Below, piece by piece: positions 36,760 through 40,467 of a stretch of DNA of 40,467 nt. The notes beneath the pieces were generated by a model. That model searched no databases. It was not told the DNA's origin and saw only the letters and a list, made by a program, of their open reading frames with translations. The position numbers and the translations under genes were made by a program. Numbering within the stretch: the first letter of the stretch is position 1; every line of letters starts with the position of its first letter. The DNA comes from Chiloscyllium plagiosum (lineage: Eukaryota): contig NW_025215028.1 in assembly GCF_004010195.1 (NCBI RefSeq), positions 18,770-59,236 of the forward strand, written 5' to 3'.

Positions 36760-37378
36760 AGAGTCATCGCGTCATACAGCATGGAAACAGACGCTTTAGT
36801 CCAACCAGTCCATGCCGAACATCGTCTCAAACTAAACTAGTCACACCTGCCTGCTCCTGGCTCATATCCCTCCAACCCTTTCCTAGTTATGTGCTAAGCT
36901 AAGTGCCTTTTAAACATTTGTAACTGTGTCTGCATCCCCCACTTCCCGAGGAAGTTCATTCTACAGACACAGCCCTTACGTTTTCTTTTTAATCTTTGAT
37001 TTTAAATGTATGTCCCTTGGTCTTGAAATCACACATCATTGGAAAAGGACACTCACTAGTAACTCATCTATAGCCCTCATTACTTCATAAAGTCATCTCT
37101 GAATTTCCTACATTCCAGTGAAAAAAATTCTCCGCTTATCCAGCCTTTATACTTCAAAACTTTATACCCTGCAAAATCCTGATAAATCTCTTGTGGACCC
37201 TCTCTGACTTGATAATTTCATTCCAGTAGGAGTGCGATGAGAGCTGGACATAGGACACCAGAAGGTCATCACCAATGTCCTGTACAACCTCAACATGACT
37301 CCCCAAGCCGTATAATCAGAGGCACTGAGCAACAAAAGCAAGCGTGCTAAACGCCTTTTCAAGCACGCTCTTTGGGAT
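36760..37378 (-). mobile_element. CR1 3'-end fragment
   Basis: gagtcat..catacagcatggaaacagac tail; WGVMLRLYRTLV. Confidence 0.85.
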
Positions 37379-37832
37379 GTTTCTAACATCCTCCAGGGTG
37401 AAGACTGATGTAAAATATTGGTTTGTTATTTGTCATTTCCCTGTCCCTCGTTATTAATTCCTCATTTTGGTCCTTCAATCAGCCCACAATTCCTTGCGTT
37501 ACTGTACATTTCTTTTAAACAAACGTAGAAGCTTTTTCTATATGTTTATGCCAAATTATTTTCATAATTAATTTCTTCTTCTTTATCAGCTTTTCAGCCA
37601 TCCCAGTACTGGTTCCTTGTTTTAAAAGAAAAGTTCCCAATTCTCTTACCAATCATGAGTTTTACTGCATTATGTTCATCCTTGTCATTGAAATTTCCTT
37701 TTTGAATGAAATCAAGTTTTACTGAACATTATGATCCACCGCCTTTCCTCATCATACTATCCCAGCATGCTTTATACAGCTTTTATCTCGATTCCTCTTG
37801 TCATTGCCTTCATTAAAATTGAGGACAACTAT

Positions 37833-37929
37833 GATTCCTGATGAAGGGCTTATGCCCGAAACATCGATTCTCCTGTTCCTTGGATGCTGCATGACCTGCA
37901 GTGCTTTTCCAGTGCCACACTCTTCGACA
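37833..37929 (+). ncRNA. Best-preserved type-A hammerhead-bearing short repeat
   Basis: GAUUC-CUGAUGA(37838-37844)-A-GGGC-UUAU-GCCC-GAAAC-AUC-GAUUC; perfect 4-bp stem II. Confidence 0.8.
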
Positions 37930-37984
37930 GTGGCTTGAGACCTAATTTCCTCAACATCAAACATAATTTGAAATTCTTCTATAA

Positions 37985-38372
37985 TGGAGGTTTTTAGAGA
38001 TTTATAAAACCATGAGGAGCATGGCTAGTGTAAAGAGACAGGGTCTGTCCCTGAGTGGGGGAGTCCAGAACTAGAGGGCATAGGTTTATGGTAGGAGGTG
38101 AAAGATATAAAAGGGACATAAGGGCAACGTTTTCACTCAGAAGGTGGTGCGTTTATGGAATGAGCTGCCAGAGGAAGTGGTGGAGGCTCGTACACTTACA
38201 ACATTTAAAAGGCATATAAATGTATGGCTGTATGAATAGGATGGGTATGGAGGGATATGGGACAAGTGCTGGTAAATGCGAGGAGATTATCCTGGGATAT
38301 CTGACCTGCATGGATGAGTTGGACTGAAGGGTCTGTTTCCGTGCTGTGCATCTCTACGACTCTGTGACTCTA
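37985..38372 (+). mobile_element. CR1 3'-end fragment
   Basis: tggaatgagctgccagaggaagtggtggaggc; tail ctctacgactctgtgactctat. Confidence 0.9.
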
Positions 38373-39147
38373 TACGGAACGGGTGGTCAGTGGATTGATG
38401 TGTAATTGTCAACTGGTGGTTTTCCGTCTATCTGCTGGCTTGCATTCTAGATTACAGTGCCATGGTTTGGAAGCTGCTCTGTAAGGAACCTTGGTGAGTT
38501 TCTGCAGAGCATCTGGTCAGTGGGACACCACAGTGTCGGTGGTGGAGACAGGGAATGTTTGTGGCTGTGGTGCTGACCAAGCTACATTGCAAGTTTATTC
38601 TCCCTAAATATGAAGAACGCAACTGATCCAGATATGGACTCAATGTTTTTTGGCAATATTAGTTTTGTTAAGTCCATTTACTTTTGTTAAATAAACGCAG
38701 AAACCTGTGTGCAGCGGCGCGGAGAGGCCAACAAAGGGTGGCGTTGTATCATTTTAAACACAAGACGGGACACAAACTGAGATAGAGTCCAACCATCTCC
38801 CTTCATCTTTCCCAGATTCTTTTCTCTATGTGTGAACGTTTTCTGTCTATTTTTCCACCGCCTCACCTCCTCCCATTGTCAACCGTTTGTTTAAATTTCT
38901 TCTATTATGCCATTCAAAGAATCCATCCTGACTCACTCACTACTTATACATGATTTCAGAAAAGTTGGTTACATGTTGCGGAACCTAAGTTGTTGCACAA
39001 ACACATTTATTTATGCAGCAACATTGTCCCGGTTCAGAGTGAGGATCAGGCTGTTCAATGAATTCCCTGCGTTATGAATAAATAAAACTCCTCATTGAAG
39101 CCCACAGGAGGATCTGTTATTTCCGAACCGTAAAGAAATTTTAAAAA

Positions 39148-39660
39148 TTCACTCATGGGATGTGGGTGTCACTGGCTGGGTAAGTGTTTATTGTCCATTC
39201 CTCACTTCCCCCCCTTGAGAAGCTGGGCGTGAGCTGCCTTTCTGAACCGCAGCAGACCCTCTGCTGTCGGTAGACGCAGAATGTTGTTCAGGAGGGAATC
39301 CCAGGATATTGACCCAATGACACAGAGAAAACGGTGATATATTTCCAAGTCAGGATAGTGAGGCGCTTGGAGGGGACCTTGTGGGGCCTAGTGTTCATAT
39401 GAAACTGCTGCGCTTGTCCTTCCAGAAGGAAACGGTTTTGGGTTTGGAAAGTGCTGCCTTAGGATATTTAGTGAATTTCTGGAGTGCATCATAGAGATGG
39501 TACACACTGCTGCTATTGAGTATCGTGGTGGAGGGAAGGAACGGTTGTGGATGTGGGGCCAATCAAGTGGGCTGCTTTGTCCTGGATGGTGTCAAGCTTC
39601 TCGAGTGATTGTTGGAGCTGCTCCCATCCAGGCAAATGGGGAATATTCCCTCACACTCGC
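39148..39660 (-). mobile_element. Old LINE 3' end, same family as 2400-3700
   Basis: atgggatgtgggtgtcactggctggg..tttattgtccattcc..gtgagctgccttt..gaaccgc. Confidence 0.65.
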
Positions 39661-39859
39661 GACAGAGAGTCCTTATCCCAGTGGAAGCAGAGAGTTGAGC
39701 TGGGATTCAGTGGATTCCCCATCGCAGCCAATCCAAAGGAATTGTCCGGAAAAATGTAATTTCCTACCAGGTAATTCCTATCAGCTTGGAGCCCTCTATA
39801 AGTCTCCAAAACAATCAGATCCTTCCCAGCGTTCTGTTGGAATTATATAGAACACTTCA

Positions 39860-40390
39860 TCAGAAAATGGGCCGACGACTGGCAGATGTAATTTAATTTA
39901 AATAAGTGTCAGATGTTGCACTTTGAAACGGCAAATCAAAATCACTATTTTGGAGTGGGCATAACACTCAATCATAGGGTCATGGGAGACGTTGCTGAAG
40001 AAAGAGACCTTGGGGTGCAGGGTCATAGTTCCTTGAAGGGAGAGTCAGAGGTAGACAAGATAGTAAAGAAGGCGTTGGTACACTTACCTTTACTAGTCAT
40101 TGCATTGAGCTTGGAGTTGAGATGTGATTTTGCAGCTGTAAAGGGCATTGGTTAGACCGCATTTGGAATATTGCGTTCAATTTTGGTCCCCCGTCTATAG
40201 GAAAGATGTTGTCAAACTTGAAAGAGTACAGAAAATATTCACCTATATGTTGCCAGATTTGATCTATCGGAAGAGGCTGAACAGGCTGGGGCTATTTTCC
40301 CTGGAGCGTCGGAGGCTGAAGGGTGACCTTATAGAGGTTTATAAAATTATGAGGGACATGGATAAGATAAATAGACTCTCCTCAGGTAGG
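39860..40390 (+). mobile_element. CR1 RT C-terminal fragment
   Basis: ERDLGVQGHSSLK; VRPHLEYCVQFWSP..LERVQ..GDLIEVYKIM. Confidence 0.9.
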
Positions 40391-40467
40391 GGATTAGGGT
40401 GTCACAGGCTAGGAAAGGATGGCAGTTTCCTTTCCTGATGGGCATTAGGGAACCGGATGGGTTTTCC

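Overview
Repeat-dense eukaryotic DNA, very likely from a cartilaginous fish (shark), judged by HE1/V-SINE-like SINEs, CR1 LINEs and a GPR139/142-like receptor family. No intact protein-coding gene, prokaryotic system or CRISPR array is visible, and most listed ORFs are LINE debris. Host-gene content is a two-exon GPR139-like pseudogene on the minus strand (30918->29273) and an isolated first coding exon of a paralog on the plus strand (11500-11566). The most notable signal missed by the ORF track is six short inserts carrying minimal type-I hammerhead ribozyme cores (CUGANGA-stem II-GAAAC...), in two sequence types. One is flanked by an inverted repeat, one has a clean 7-bp TSD in frame inside a CR1 endonuclease, and a Penelope GIY-YIG remnant lies in the window. 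Such ribozymes are known from Penelope-like elements in general; whether these short families are described could not be checked. All family assignments are by eye, with no database search, and repeat boundaries are approximate.
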